The notes below the pieces were generated by a model. It saw only the letters and a list, made by a program, of their open reading frames with translations, ran no database searches and was not told the origin of the DNA. A stretch of DNA of 64,000 nucleotides. Source: an uncultured Ectothiorhodospiraceae bacterium (GTDB lineage Bacteria; Pseudomonadota; Gammaproteobacteria; JAABTG01). Below are positions 35,346 through 45,900 of the stretch, in pieces. Made by a program: the position numbers and the translations under genes. The stretch lies in assembly GCA_964439835.1 (NCBI GenBank), contig CAYTPQ010000015.1, forward strand, positions 310-64,309, read 5' to 3'. How positions within the stretch are numbered: position 1 is the stretch's first letter; every line of letters begins with the position of its first letter.

Positions 35346-36311
35346 ATGAGAACGCTGGCGAAGACCGACCCGACGACTCACCCGGGCCTGCGCCCGGTGA
35401 CCCAGGTGCTGCAGGGCCAGGAGACCTCCGACGGCGCCGGGGTGCGCCTGGTGCGCCACATCGGCGGACCCGGGCTCTCCATGCTGGACCCGTTCCTGCT
35501 GCTGGACGCCTTCGGCTCGGACGACCCCGACGAATACATCGCGGGCTTCCCGGAGCACCCCCACCGGGGCTTCGAGACGGTGACCTACCTGCACGCGGGG
35601 CGGGTCCGGCACCGGGACAGCGCGGGCCACGCCGGCGTCATCGAGGCCGGCGGGGTGCAGTGGATGACCGCGGGCCGCGGCATCGTCCACGCCGAGATGC
35701 CCGAGCAGGACCACGGCCGCCTCGCCGGCGTCCAGCTCTGGGTCAACCTGCCCGCCGCCCACAAGATGATGGCGCCGCGCTACCAGGAGATCCCCGCCGA
35801 TGGGATCCCGGTGGAGCCCCGCGAGGGCGGCGTCGAGGTCCGCGTGATCGCGGGCACGGCGAAGGGCGGGACCCGCGGGCCGGTCCGCGACCTGCTGACC
35901 GACGTGTTGTACCTGGACGTCAGCGTGCCGGCGGGGGCGTCCTACGCCGAGCCGGTCCCGCCGAGCCACAACGCCTTTCTGCTCGTCAGCGAGGGCGCGG
36001 TCGAGGTCGACGCGGGTGACGCGCGAGGCATGCGCCGTGTTGCGGCGGGCGAGCTGGCCTTGCTGGGACCTGGCGACACGGTCTCGATCCGCGCGCCGAG
36101 CCCTGGCGAGGCCGATCGCGGGGCCGGCCGTCGCGATCCGGAGGCCCCTGCTCGCGGGGCGGTCACGGGCGCCCGTTTCCTGCTGGTCGCCGGCGCGCCG
36201 ATCGGGGAGCCAGTAGCCCGCATGGGGCCGTTCGTCATGAACACCCGCGAAGAGCTCGACCAGGCCTACCGCGACTACCAGAGCGGGCGGCTGGCGCGGG
36301 GTGACTCGTAG
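35346..36311 (+). CDS. Pirin-family protein
   Basis: DPFLLLD, HPHRGFETVTY, QWMTAGRGIVHAE, QLWVNLP, GPFVMNT. Confidence 0.93.
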   Translation: MRTLAKTDPTTHPGLRPVTQVLQGQETSDGAGVRLVRHIGGPGLSMLDPFLLLDAFGSDDPDEYIAGFPEHPHRGFETVTYLHAGRVRHRDSAGHAGVIEAGGVQWMTAGRGIVHAEMPEQDHGRLAGVQLWVNLPAAHKMMAPRYQEIPADGIPVEPREGGVEVRVIAGTAKGGTRGPVRDLLTDVLYLDVSVPAGASYAEPVPPSHNAFLLVSEGAVEVDAGDARGMRRVAAGELALLGPGDTVSIRAPSPGEADRGAGRRDPEAPARGAVTGARFLLVAGAPIGEPVARMGPFVMNTREELDQAYRDYQSGRLARGDS

Positions 36312-36313
36312 CT

Positions 36314-36862
36314 ATGCCGCTGTTGGACACGAGTGACCGCTACGGAGGGGTCTCGGTGCTGCTGCACTGGGCAACGGCGGCGCTGGTCGTGGGGCTGTTC
36401 GGGCTCGGTCTCTGGATGACGAGCCTGAGCTACTACGACCCCTGGTACCGGACCGGGCCGTGGCTGCACAAGGGCATTGGCGTGGTGCTGGTCGCGCTGC
36501 TGCTGCTCCGGCTCGTGTGGCGGGCGGTCAACCGCGGGCCGGCGCCGGAGCCGGGCCACTCGCGGCTCGAGCGCGTCGCGGCCCGCGTCGCGCACCTGGC
36601 GCTGTACGGGCTGCTGTTTGCGGTGGCGACCGCCGGCTACCTGATCTCGACCGCGGATGGCCGCCCGCTGGAGGTCTTCGGCTGGTTCGAGATCCCGGCC
36701 CTGGTGACGGGTATCCCGAACCAGGAGGACCTGGCGGGCGAGGTGCACTACTGGCTCGCGGTCGGGCTGGTCTCGCTCGCCGGCGTTCACGCCCTGGCCG
36801 CCCTCAAGCACCACTTCCTCGACCGCGACCGGACCCTGCGCCGGATGCTGGGGCGGGGCTAG
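36314..36862 (+). CDS. Cytochrome b561 (YceJ-like)
   Basis: Four TM helices with His residues (LLHW, LHKGIG, AHLALY, VHYW, VHALAALKHH); precedes yceI. Confidence 0.9.
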   Translation: MPLLDTSDRYGGVSVLLHWATAALVVGLFGLGLWMTSLSYYDPWYRTGPWLHKGIGVVLVALLLLRLVWRAVNRGPAPEPGHSRLERVAARVAHLALYGLLFAVATAGYLISTADGRPLEVFGWFEIPALVTGIPNQEDLAGEVHYWLAVGLVSLAGVHALAALKHHFLDRDRTLRRMLGRG

Positions 36863-36907
36863 CGGCAACCGCCCTGGCCCGACCTTGTCCTCTGCCATGA
36901 GCAACGA

Positions 36908-36979
36908 AACCGCAGAGGCGCAGAGACGCGGAGGGGAAGCACGTGTGACCCGTCTCTGTGCCTCAGCGCCTCTGCGGTT
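36908..36979. repeat. Palindromic intergenic element, family B
   Basis: Perfect 14-bp inverted repeat AACCGCAGAGGCGC / GCGCCTCTGCGGTT with internal GCAGAG tandem units. Confidence 0.65.
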
Positions 36980-37009
36980 CCTGATTCCTCAACGATCGGA
37001 GAATCAACG

Positions 37010-37585
37010 ATGAAGACTCGACTTGCCCCCGCTCTCGCCTTCGCCCTCGTCGCCGCCGCGGCGCCCGCTCAGGGCGCCGACTACGTCATCGACACCAAGG
37101 GCGCCCACGCCTTCATCCAGTTCAAGATCAGCCACCTTGGCTATAGCTGGCTGCTCGGGCGCTTCAACGACTTCGGCGGCACCTTCTCCTACGACGAGAA
37201 GAACCCGGCGGCCGCGAAGGTGGAGGTGACGATCAAGACCGCCAGCATCGACTCGAACCACGCCGAGCGCGACAAGCACTTGCGCGGCAAGGACTTCCTC
37301 GACGTGGAGAAGTACCCGACCGCGCGCTTCGTCAGCACCGCCTACGAGCCGAAGAGCGAGGGCAAGGCCGTGCTGAAGGGCGATCTGACCCTGCACGGCG
37401 TCACCAAGCCCGTCGCCATCGACGTCGAGCACATCGGCGCCGGCCCCGACCCCTGGGGCGGCCAGCGCCGCGGCTTCGCCGGCACCACCACACTGACGCT
37501 GAAGGACTTTGGCATCGACTACGACCTGGGCCCCGCCGCCCGCCAGGTCGAGCTGTTCCTGTCGGTGGAGGGGATACAGAAGTAG
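37010..37585 (+). CDS. yceI: YceI-family polyisoprenoid-binding periplasmic protein
   Basis: Signal peptide, [44 protein letters not shown]. Confidence 0.92.
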   Translation: MKTRLAPALAFALVAAAAPAQGADYVIDTKGAHAFIQFKISHLGYSWLLGRFNDFGGTFSYDEKNPAAAKVEVTIKTASIDSNHAERDKHLRGKDFLDVEKYPTARFVSTAYEPKSEGKAVLKGDLTLHGVTKPVAIDVEHIGAGPDPWGGQRRGFAGTTTLTLKDFGIDYDLGPAARQVELFLSVEGIQK

Positions 37586-37657
37586 GTCGGATGGCCCAAG
37601 CGGTTCTGGGCCCCCGGATGTGCGATAGTACGGGGGCGCCGGACCGAGACCCGAGTC

Positions 37658-37810
37658 ATGAGCGAAGGTCGATGCCCCTTCAAAGCCAAGTGCCCCCACA
37701 GTGAGGCCTGCAAGGACCACACGTGGTTCTGCGTATGGGTCTTCTGGGCGGTACCGGTGGCCGCGCTGGCAGTGGTCACCTATCTGATGTGGCAGCTGGT
37801 CGCGGCTTGA
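37658..37810 (+). CDS. Small Cys-rich membrane peptide (50 aa), not in the ORF track
   Basis: Translated by hand: MSEGRCPFKAKCPHSEACKDHTWFCVWVFWAVPVAALAVVTYLMWQLVAA. No strong RBS. Confidence 0.5.
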   Translation: MSEGRCPFKAKCPHSEACKDHTWFCVWVFWAVPVAALAVVTYLMWQLVAA

Positions 37811-37842
37811 CCCCGGCTGGGTACGGATCGATCCCCCTCGTC

Positions 37843-37868
37843 GTCGTTCCGGCGAAGGCCGGAACCCA
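37843..37868. repeat. Single REP-like unit, family A
   Basis: GTCGTTCCGGCGAAGGCCGGAACCCA, the reverse-complement form of the family A core. Confidence 0.6.
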
Positions 37869-38125
37869 TTGAAGCCAGCAGCCGGCCCCTGTTGGAGCGT
37901 CCCGCCTCGGGGCAGGCGACCCCCAGCCTTGCCGGGGGACTCGCGTCGTCGCCACTCCCTGTCCGAATCCTTCGACCGGCCTGTAGGAGATTCTTGACGC
38001 ATGGCCCGGCTAGCTACTATTCGAAAAGATTCAATGGGTTGCTGATTGGGCCCCGGCTTGACCCCCGGGTGCCGCGGCGCTAGAAAGGCCTCCGAGACGG
38101 TGGCACGGCTTCCAGGGAGGGGACC

Positions 38126-40252
38126 GTGGATAGGGCAGAGGCGGGCGGGTTGGACCCCGCATTCCCGTGTGTCGCGCTGGTGGCCCGGTTGCACGGCGTG
38201 GTTGCCGACCCGGCGGCGCTGTCGCATGAGTTTCCCCTGCCGGATCGGCCGGCCGGTCCGGCGGAGGTGCTCCAGGCGCTGAAGTCCCTGGGGCTGCGGG
38301 CGCGGCGGTTCACCGCCGACCCCACGGCCCCTGGCCGGTTGCCGCTGCCCGCCATCGGCCTGTCGCGGGAGGGTAGCTGGTTCGTCCTCGCCCAGTCCGA
38401 CGGCGACCGCGTGCTGGTTCAGGACCCTGCCACGCCCGGACCCGAGGTCGTGGACACTGCCACCCTCGCCAACCGCTGGGACGGGCAGGTCATCCTGGTC
38501 ACCCGGCGCGCGGGGCTGACCGGCGAGCCGCTGCGCTTCGGCCTGCGCTGGTTCGTGCCCACGCTGCTGAAGTACCGCGGCCTGCTCGGCGAGGTGCTGG
38601 CGGCCTCGTTCTTCCTGCAGCTGTTGGCGTTGGCCACGCCGTTGTTCTTCCAGGTCGTGGTGGACAAGGTCCTGGCGCACCGGGGGCTGACGACCCTGGA
38701 CGTGCTAGCGGTGGGGCTGCTCGCCGCCTCGATCTTCGAGGCCCTGCTCGGCGGCCTGCGCACCTACCTCTTCGCCCACACCACCAGCCGTATCGACGCC
38801 GAGCTGGGTGCTCGGGTCTTCCGTCACCTGCTCGCCCTGCCCATGGCCTACTTCGACGCCCGGCGGGTCGGCGATTCGGTCGCGCGGGTGCGCGAGCTGG
38901 AGCCGGTGCGCGCGTTCCTCACGGGATCCTCCCTCACCCTGGTGCTGGACCTGCTGTTCACGGGCGTGTTCCTCGCGCTGATGTGGACCTACAGCGCGAC
39001 CCTGACCGGCGTTGTGTTCGCGAGTCTGCCGGCCTACGCCCTGCTCTCGGCGGGGATCACGCCGGCGCTCCGGGCCCGGGTCGAAGAGCGCTTCAGCCGC
39101 GGCGCCGAGAACCAGGCGTTCCTGGTCGAAGCGATGGCCGGAATGGAGACCCTGAAGGCCATGGCCGTCGAGCCCCACTTCCGCCGCCGGTGGGAGGATC
39201 AGCTCGCCGCCTACGTCCGGGCGTCGTTCCGGGCTGGGCAGCTCGGCAACCTGGCCGGCCAGGCGGCGGGGCTGGTGGGCAAGGTGGTGACCGTCGCGAC
39301 CCTGTGGCTCGGCGCGCGCCTGGTGCTGGACGGGGCGCTCAGCGTCGGCGAGCTGGTGGCCTTCAACATGCTGGCCGGGCGGGTGAGCGGGCCGGTCCTG
39401 CGGCTGGTGCAGCTCTGGCAGGACGTGCAGCAGGTGCGGGTGTCGGTCGAGCGGCTGGGGGACGTACTGAATGCCCCGGCGGAGGCCTCGGCAGGGGCGA
39501 CGGGCTCCCGTCCCCGCATTGCCGGCCGGGTCCAGCTCGACCACGTGGGCTTCCGCTACCGTCCCGACGGCCCCCTGGTGCTGGAGGACGTGAGCCTGGA
39601 GGTCGCGCCGGGCGAGGTGGTCGGCGTGGTTGGCCCCTCGGGCTCCGGCAAGAGCACGCTCGCGCGCCTGGTGCAGCGCCTGCACGTGCCGGAGCGCGGG
39701 CGGGTCCTGGTCGACGGCGTGGACCTGGCCCAGGTCGACCCGGCGTGGCTGCGCCGGCAGGTGGGGGTGGTTCTACAGGAGAACGTCCTCTTCAACCGAT
39801 CGGTGCGCGAGAACATCGCGCTGGCCGACCCCGGCATGCCGCTGGAGCGGGTGGTCCACGCCGCGCGCCTGGCGGGCGCCCACGAGTTCATCCTGGCGCT
39901 GCCCCGGGGCTACGACACGGTGGTCGCCGAGCAGGGGCGCTCACTGTCCGGCGGCCAGCGTCAGCGCATCGCCATCGCCCGGGCGCTCGCGACCGACCCC
40001 CGGATCCTGATCTTCGACGAGGCCACCAGCGCCCTCGACTACGAGAGCGAGCGGGTGATCCAGGCCAACATGAAGTTCATCGCCCGGGGCCGGACGGTGA
40101 TCGTGATCGCCCACCGGCTGAGCGCGGTGCGCCAGGCGGACCGCATCGTGGTGGTCGACCGGGGGCGGGTGGTCGAGGTGGGACCCCACGCGGAGCTGGT
40201 GCGGGCGGGGGGCCGCTACGCCAGCCTCTACGCCTACCAGACGGCGGGGTGA
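38126..40252 (+). CDS. hlyB: Type I secretion ABC transporter with C39-like domain (HlyB family)
   Basis: N-terminal C39-like domain, PLFFQVVVDKVL, GPSGSGKST, LSGGQRQR, IFDEATSALDYESE. Confidence 0.93.
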   Translation: MDRAEAGGLDPAFPCVALVARLHGVVADPAALSHEFPLPDRPAGPAEVLQALKSLGLRARRFTADPTAPGRLPLPAIGLSREGSWFVLAQSDGDRVLVQDPATPGPEVVDTATLANRWDGQVILVTRRAGLTGEPLRFGLRWFVPTLLKYRGLLGEVLAASFFLQLLALATPLFFQVVVDKVLAHRGLTTLDVLAVGLLAASIFEALLGGLRTYLFAHTTSRIDAELGARVFRHLLALPMAYFDARRVGDSVARVRELEPVRAFLTGSSLTLVLDLLFTGVFLALMWTYSATLTGVVFASLPAYALLSAGITPALRARVEERFSRGAENQAFLVEAMAGMETLKAMAVEPHFRRRWEDQLAAYVRASFRAGQLGNLAGQAAGLVGKVVTVATLWLGARLVLDGALSVGELVAFNMLAGRVSGPVLRLVQLWQDVQQVRVSVERLGDVLNAPAEASAGATGSRPRIAGRVQLDHVGFRYRPDGPLVLEDVSLEVAPGEVVGVVGPSGSGKSTLARLVQRLHVPERGRVLVDGVDLAQVDPAWLRRQVGVVLQENVLFNRSVRENIALADPGMPLERVVHAARLAGAHEFILALPRGYDTVVAEQGRSLSGGQRQRIAIARALATDPRILIFDEATSALDYESERVIQANMKFIARGRTVIVIAHRLSAVRQADRIVVVDRGRVVEVGPHAELVRAGGRYASLYAYQTAG

Positions 40253-40253
40253 C

Positions 40254-41564
40254 GTGAGACGGAACGGCACCGAGGCGTTCCTCCCGGCCCTGCTGGAGGT
40301 CGAGACCGCGCCGCCGCACCCGCTCGCGCGCGGGACGGCGCTCGCCATCGCACTGCTGCTGGTCGCGGCGGTGACCTGGGCGAGTGTCGGGCGGGTGGAC
40401 CAGGTGGCGGTGGCCCCGGGCAAGCTCGTCCCCAGGGGCGAGGTGAAGCCCGTGCAGGTCGCCGAGCAGGGCGTCGTCCGGGCGGTCCGGGTGGCGGAGG
40501 GGGAGCGGGTCCGGGAGGGGCAGGTCCTGCTGGAGCTCGACCCGACCGATGCGGAGGCGGACCGCGACCGGCTGGGCCACGAGCTCGCGAGCGCGCGGCG
40601 GGAGCGGGCGCGTCTCGCGGCGCTCTGGGGGCAGGTCGGCGGCGGGCCGCCGGCTGCGGTGCCAGGGATCGAGGCTGGGGGGCTCGACTACGCCCGGCTG
40701 GACAGCGAGATCGCCGCGCACCGGGCCGAGGTCCGGGTCCACGCCGAGGAGGCACGCCGGGCCCGGGCGGAGCGGGCGGCGCTGTCCGAACGGGTGGCGG
40801 GGCTGGAGGCGAGCGTCCCGCTGCTGGCGCGCCGGGTGGAGGCGACCCGCCGCCTGGCCGAGGGCAAGGTTGCCTCCGAGCACGCCTACCTGGAGATCGA
40901 GCAGGCGCGGGTCGAGTCCGAGGGGGAGCTGCGGGCCCAGCGGGCGCGCCTGGGGGAGCTGGAGGCGGCGGTGCGGCTGGCGGAGGAGCGCCAGGCGGCG
41001 CTGGAGGCGGGTTTCAGCCGTGACCTCCTGGCGCGGCTCCAAGAGGCGGACCGCCGGGCGTCGGGGCTCGAAGAGGAGTGGCGCAAGGCCGAGCACCGGC
41101 TGGGGCTGCGGACCGTGCGCGCGCCGGTGGGCGGCCTCGTGCAGCAGCTCGCCGTCTCCGGGCCGGGCGCGGTCGCCGCCCCGGCGCCGCCGGTGCTGGT
41201 GGTGGTGCCGGACGGCGTGGAGGTCGAGGTCGAGGCGCGGCTCGCCAACCGCGACGTGGGGTTCGTGCGCGAGGGGCAGGCGGCGGTGGTCAAGCTCGAG
41301 GCCTTTCCCTTCACCCGCTTCGGGACGATACAGGGCACGGTGACCCGAGTGTCCGCCGACGCGGTGGCCGACGAGCGTCAGGGGCTCACCTACGCCATGC
41401 GCGTCGCGCTGGGCGCCCAGCACCTGGACGTGGGTGGGGCGGCGGTGGCGCTTGCGCCCGGCATGGCCGCGGCGGTCGAGGTCAGGACCGGCGAGCGGCG
41501 GCTCATCTCTTTCTTCCTGGAGCCGCTCCTCCGGTACCGGGACGAGAGCCTGCGGGAGCGATGA
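40254..41564 (+). CDS. hlyD: Type I secretion membrane fusion protein (HlyD family)
   Basis: FLPALLEV, TM helix, coiled coil, VRAPVGG, DVGFV, KLEAFPFTRFG, EVRTGERRLISFF. Confidence 0.92.
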   Translation: MRRNGTEAFLPALLEVETAPPHPLARGTALAIALLLVAAVTWASVGRVDQVAVAPGKLVPRGEVKPVQVAEQGVVRAVRVAEGERVREGQVLLELDPTDAEADRDRLGHELASARRERARLAALWGQVGGGPPAAVPGIEAGGLDYARLDSEIAAHRAEVRVHAEEARRARAERAALSERVAGLEASVPLLARRVEATRRLAEGKVASEHAYLEIEQARVESEGELRAQRARLGELEAAVRLAEERQAALEAGFSRDLLARLQEADRRASGLEEEWRKAEHRLGLRTVRAPVGGLVQQLAVSGPGAVAAPAPPVLVVVPDGVEVEVEARLANRDVGFVREGQAAVVKLEAFPFTRFGTIQGTVTRVSADAVADERQGLTYAMRVALGAQHLDVGGAAVALAPGMAAAVEVRTGERRLISFFLEPLLRYRDESLRER

Positions 41565-41655
41565 GTGCCGGCAACCCATACCCCCCCATGCCGAGGGCTG
41601 GGGTCGGGCCTCCGCGGGGGGAACGCCGGTGCCCGGGTTAACCCGACGCAGGGTT

Positions 41656-41682
41656 CTGGGTTCCGGCTCTCGCCGGAGTGAC
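41656..41682. repeat. REP-like unit, family A
   Basis: CTGGGTTCCGGCTCTCGCCGGAGTGAC between hlyD and the next gene. Confidence 0.6.
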
Positions 41683-41725
41683 GACAGCGGTCTGTTCGGG
41701 CGTTCCGCCCGGTGAGTGCGCGCAC

Positions 41726-42982
41726 ATGCGGTCAGACGACAAGGACGGAAGCACGGAGGCTCGCGGCACGACCGGCCGGCCAGCCTCCCCCGGCAGGGCC
41801 GAGGAGATTGAGCGGGACCCGGTGCGGGGCTCGAGCGTCTGGCGGGATTCCCTGCGCGCGGTTCCGAAGAGCGTCTGGTTCAGCGTGGCCGTCCTCGCCA
41901 TCGCCGCCCTGGCGTTCGGCGTAAAGCGCTACCTCGACACCCGCGTCGCGTGGGGCTACACGCTGATTGATTCGAAGGTGCCGGCCGTGGATCGGCAGAT
42001 GTACTGGCTCGACAACGAGCGTGTGCTCTTTCTCGGTGGTGAACTGATTCGCGAGGGGCCGGACTTTGGAAAGTACCGAGGCGCGATGTTGATTTACGAC
42101 GTCCGAAAGCGCGAGACAACCGTCTACCGGCGTGACGTGCGAAGCCTCCTTTGCGTAGCAGACAAGCACGTGGCGTACACGGTGGACGAAGGCGGGGAAG
42201 AGAAGCGGTACGACGGGGAATTGGGGAAAGAGCTCCACATTCCCTGGAGGACCAAGCAGGAGGTGGCGGCGGCGCCAGACCTGCGGGCCAACCCGCTTAC
42301 GTGCAGACTTTTTGACCATGGCCCCTACAAGCGAGAAGGCAAAGCCGTGAAGCCGCTGCGGGACGGTGACGGTGTTCTGGAGCTAGGACCGCTCGTTCGC
42401 GAGGAGTGGTACCAGCAGAATCCCATTCGTCTGATTCGTGGTTCCGACGGGGCGGCCATCGAACTGCCCATCGAGCGGAGGCAGGCGTACCACGTGCACT
42501 ACGCGCCCTTTCGGGGCGAGTATCTCCTTATGCGTTCCCTGTATCAGCCGGCCACGATCGAGTGGAGCGGTAAGTCTTGTGAACCCATCTGGTGGCTTCG
42601 GCCGGACGGGAGCACCGAGAAGGAGTGCTTACCCTACCTACCGGTCTTGTCGCTCGGGTTCGGGCACGCGATACCATGGCGCCACGGGGTGGTTTTCTCC
42701 TATCACCGGGGTGCCGGACAGTTTGGCCCGGGGGACGGTGGACTTTACCTCTGGAGGCGCTACGGCCTCCCGCGCCGCGTTCTGCCGGGTGTCCTGAGCT
42801 ACGGAGTGCTCGGGCATCCGGTGGTATCTCCGGATGGTTGCAGAGTCGCCTTCGGTTACGCACAGAACATGAGTCAGAACAGGGTGCCGGAGCGTACCCT
42901 GAGGGTGCTGGAGCTGTGTCAAGGAGACCATGCGAATGGACAGGGAAGTCCTGAATCAGATCGCGTTACACGCAAGCCGTGA
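41726..42982 (+). CDS. Membrane-anchored protein of unknown function with a TolB/PD40-like motif; candidate immunity protein
   Basis: TM anchor VWFSVAVLAIAALAFGV, beta-rich domain ending PVVSPDGCRVAF; overlaps the RTX gene start; visibly more A/T-rich than its flanks. Confidence 0.65.
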   Translation: MRSDDKDGSTEARGTTGRPASPGRAEEIERDPVRGSSVWRDSLRAVPKSVWFSVAVLAIAALAFGVKRYLDTRVAWGYTLIDSKVPAVDRQMYWLDNERVLFLGGELIREGPDFGKYRGAMLIYDVRKRETTVYRRDVRSLLCVADKHVAYTVDEGGEEKRYDGELGKELHIPWRTKQEVAAAPDLRANPLTCRLFDHGPYKREGKAVKPLRDGDGVLELGPLVREEWYQQNPIRLIRGSDGAAIELPIERRQAYHVHYAPFRGEYLLMRSLYQPATIEWSGKSCEPIWWLRPDGSTEKECLPYLPVLSLGFGHAIPWRHGVVFSYHRGAGQFGPGDGGLYLWRRYGLPRRVLPGVLSYGVLGHPVVSPDGCRVAFGYAQNMSQNRVPERTLRVLELCQGDHANGQGSPESDRVTRKP

Positions 42983-45900
42983 GTCCTACGGACACGATAA
43001 CGATCTGTTGCCGGCTGAAGGATTCATCCGCCGGACGGATCTGAGCATCGTCGACAGTGGCACTGGCCTACGCGCCAGTGTGTATCAGCGCGAGCTTCGC
43101 GACGGCGAAGGCCGCCCTCTAGGGAAGTTCGATTACGTCGTCGCCTTCGCCGGAACCGAAGACTGGCAGGATGCGTACGCGGACATCCGGCTGGGTTGGG
43201 ACCAGTGGGGGATGAGCCGCGACGCGCTCCTCGACAAACTGGCCGGTCTATCTTCCTCAGGAACTATCCACTTCACCGGCCACTCCCTCGGTGGTGCGCT
43301 CGCCCAGTATGCGGCCTACGAGTTCAGCCACTCCCATCGAGAGTTCCTCAGGAGTCAGTTTCTGCCGGTTGTGCCTCCCGACATCACCCTCACCACCTTC
43401 AACGCCCTCGGCGGCATGGATGCGCTGGAGGAGCATTCTGGGGAGCTCGCGGGCGGCGCGCTTCCACACTACGACCCCGAGGTCTTCGCCGGCATCGACA
43501 CCGCGCACTTTTTCGTGCGCGGCGACCTGGTGGCGCGGCTCGGCGGCGGGCACGTGGGCGGCAACACCCAGGAGTTGGTGTTGGGCACGGAGTCCGCGCC
43601 CACGCTCGACTTCCTGACCGCCCACGCCCTCGACACGATCTACGCCGCGGCCTCGGGGCCTGACGGCTTGCCGGGGCTGTTCGCAAACGCCTGGCCGATT
43701 GCCCCCGCCTATCTCGACGTCTCCACCAGCCAGCGGCTGGCTGCGGCCCTGGGCGACCTGTTCAACGACAGCGACTTCCGGGGCCTGGAGCCCGGCCTCC
43801 GGCTTGCCGGCGGCGTGGTGCTCGCCCTGGCCATGGCGCCGGCCGCGGAGGTGGAGGGGCTGGCGAACGCCCTGGTCGAGAACTTCAAGCTCTCGGGCGG
43901 GTACGACGACCTGAGCTTCCGGTCGCGCTTCGGGCTGTTGGCGCTCTCCAACTGGGGGCGGGTGCAGGATGCGATCAGCCGGATCGGGGGCACCGTCGCG
44001 CAGGCGACGTTCGTCGGGGTGGGCGCGACCCTCGTTCTGGCCGCCGGCATCGCCGACCTGGTGGGCTCCGGTGACCGCGCGGCCACCGAGTCCCTGCTCA
44101 AGGTCCTGGCGATGGGGTTCCGACCGGACACCTCCTTCGACGAGGAGATCGCCGGTTTGGTCGCCGGCCCGCGCGGTGACCCGCTGCTGCGTACCGGGCT
44201 CTGGGTCGCGGCGGTCGAAGGGGCGTCCTCGGAGACCTTTGTCAGCCGGGTCGGCGCCGTGCTGCACGGTCTGGGGCTGGGCGAAGACGAGGCGGCGCGG
44301 CAGGCGCTGCACGAAAAGCTGGCGGTACCCGAGGACTGGCTGGACGGGTCCCTCCGGTTTCTCTACGACCGAGCCCGGGTCGTGGGACTGGACCCGCTGG
44401 TCTTCGGCCTCGACCTGGCCCGTGCGGCCGTGGAGGCGGCCCCAGCGTTCCTGGGTGATCGGGGCGCTGGGATGACGGCGGAGCTGTCCGAGACCCTCGG
44501 CCACCACGTGGTGGGCCTGGCGGCGGGCGTCGCCGACGGCGTGGCGGGGTATCGCATCGACGACCCGCGCAGCCTGCTGTCCCGTCCCGACGGCGTTACT
44601 GCGGCCGACGTGGACCGCTACCGCGACGTCATCACCCAGCATCTCGGCGCGCTCGGCGGAAGCGGCGAGTCCCTGCGTGGGGCGCTGGCCGACGCACGCG
44701 ACCTGCTGGAGCGGGCGGGGCAGGGCATCCAGGTCCGTCCGAGCACGGACGGCCAGGGCCTCGAAGGGGGGCTGGAGGCGCTGGCGGCCGCGGACCCGGC
44801 GCTGGTGGTGCCGTTCACCGTCACGTTGCGGTATGCCGCCCCGGCGGGCGGTCAGGCGATGCGGCTGACCCTGGACGGCGCCGCTGGCGAGCCGATCCAG
44901 CTGCTCGGCGCCTCGGTCGAGGCGCTCGCGGAAGGCGCCGGCGAGACGGGCAACCCCCAGTGGCTGCTGACCGTCGCCGAGGGCGCAACCAGCGCCACGG
45001 TCTTCGCCGTTTTCACCGGAGGCCTCGACCGCTTCCCCGTGCCCGCCTACAGCCTCGGCGCGGCGCTGACGACCGCCGCGGGCGTCCAGACCCACGACGG
45101 CGCCGTCCTCGGCGACGTCGCCGTGACGGGTCCTGCGGCCCCGGGCGCCGCGGTCTACCTGACGAGCGACGCCGAGGACTACGACCTGCAGCCGGCCGCA
45201 TTCGCCGGTACACCGGCGGTGTTCGCCGACGCCGGCGACGACCGCGTGAGCCTGTGGGGCCCGGCGCCGGCCGGAGCCGTGGTCCACGGGGGCTCGGGCG
45301 CCGACCTGATCGACGCGCGCTTCCTCCAGCTGACCGTGGCCGACGCAGGCGCCGAGCTCCAGGGCGGCACTCAGAACGACGTGCTCCAAGGCAGTCCGGG
45401 ACGGGACCGCCTGGACGGCGGCGCGGACCACGACGTGCTCTTCGGCTACGAAGGGGCGGACTGGCTCCAGGGTGGGGCGGGTAACGACTGGCTCGATGGC
45501 GGGGAGGGGGCCGACCTGGTCCTGGACCGGGACGGCGGCGACGTCCTCCTCGGCGGGGCCGGCGCCGACTGGGTGTCCGGTGGTCCGGGGGAAGACCGTA
45601 TCTTCGGCGACGCCACCGGGCTCTTCGGGCTCTGGGACGGCGCCACCCGCACCGTGCGGGCGCCAATCGCCGACGACCTCTTCGCCGCCGGCGACTACGG
45701 CATCGTGCTCGAGGCCGACTCTGCCGCCGCGGGTGCGGACGTGCTCGAAGGCGGCGACGGCCGGGACAGCCTGTTCGGCGGCCTGGGCGCGGACAGCCTG
45801 CGGGGCGGCGCCGACGCCGACCACCTGGAAGGGGAAGGCGGCGGCGACCGCCTCGACGGGGGCGACGGCGACGACGTCCTCTGGGGTGATCGCTCTCCGG

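Noticed and set aside
38101-38116. TGGCAC upstream of hlyB as a sigma54 promoter
   Set aside because: No TTGC at the -12 position, and it is too close to the start codon.
38126-41564. Missing tolC as evidence that the T1SS is defective
   Set aside because: The outer-membrane channel is commonly encoded elsewhere, as for E. coli hly.
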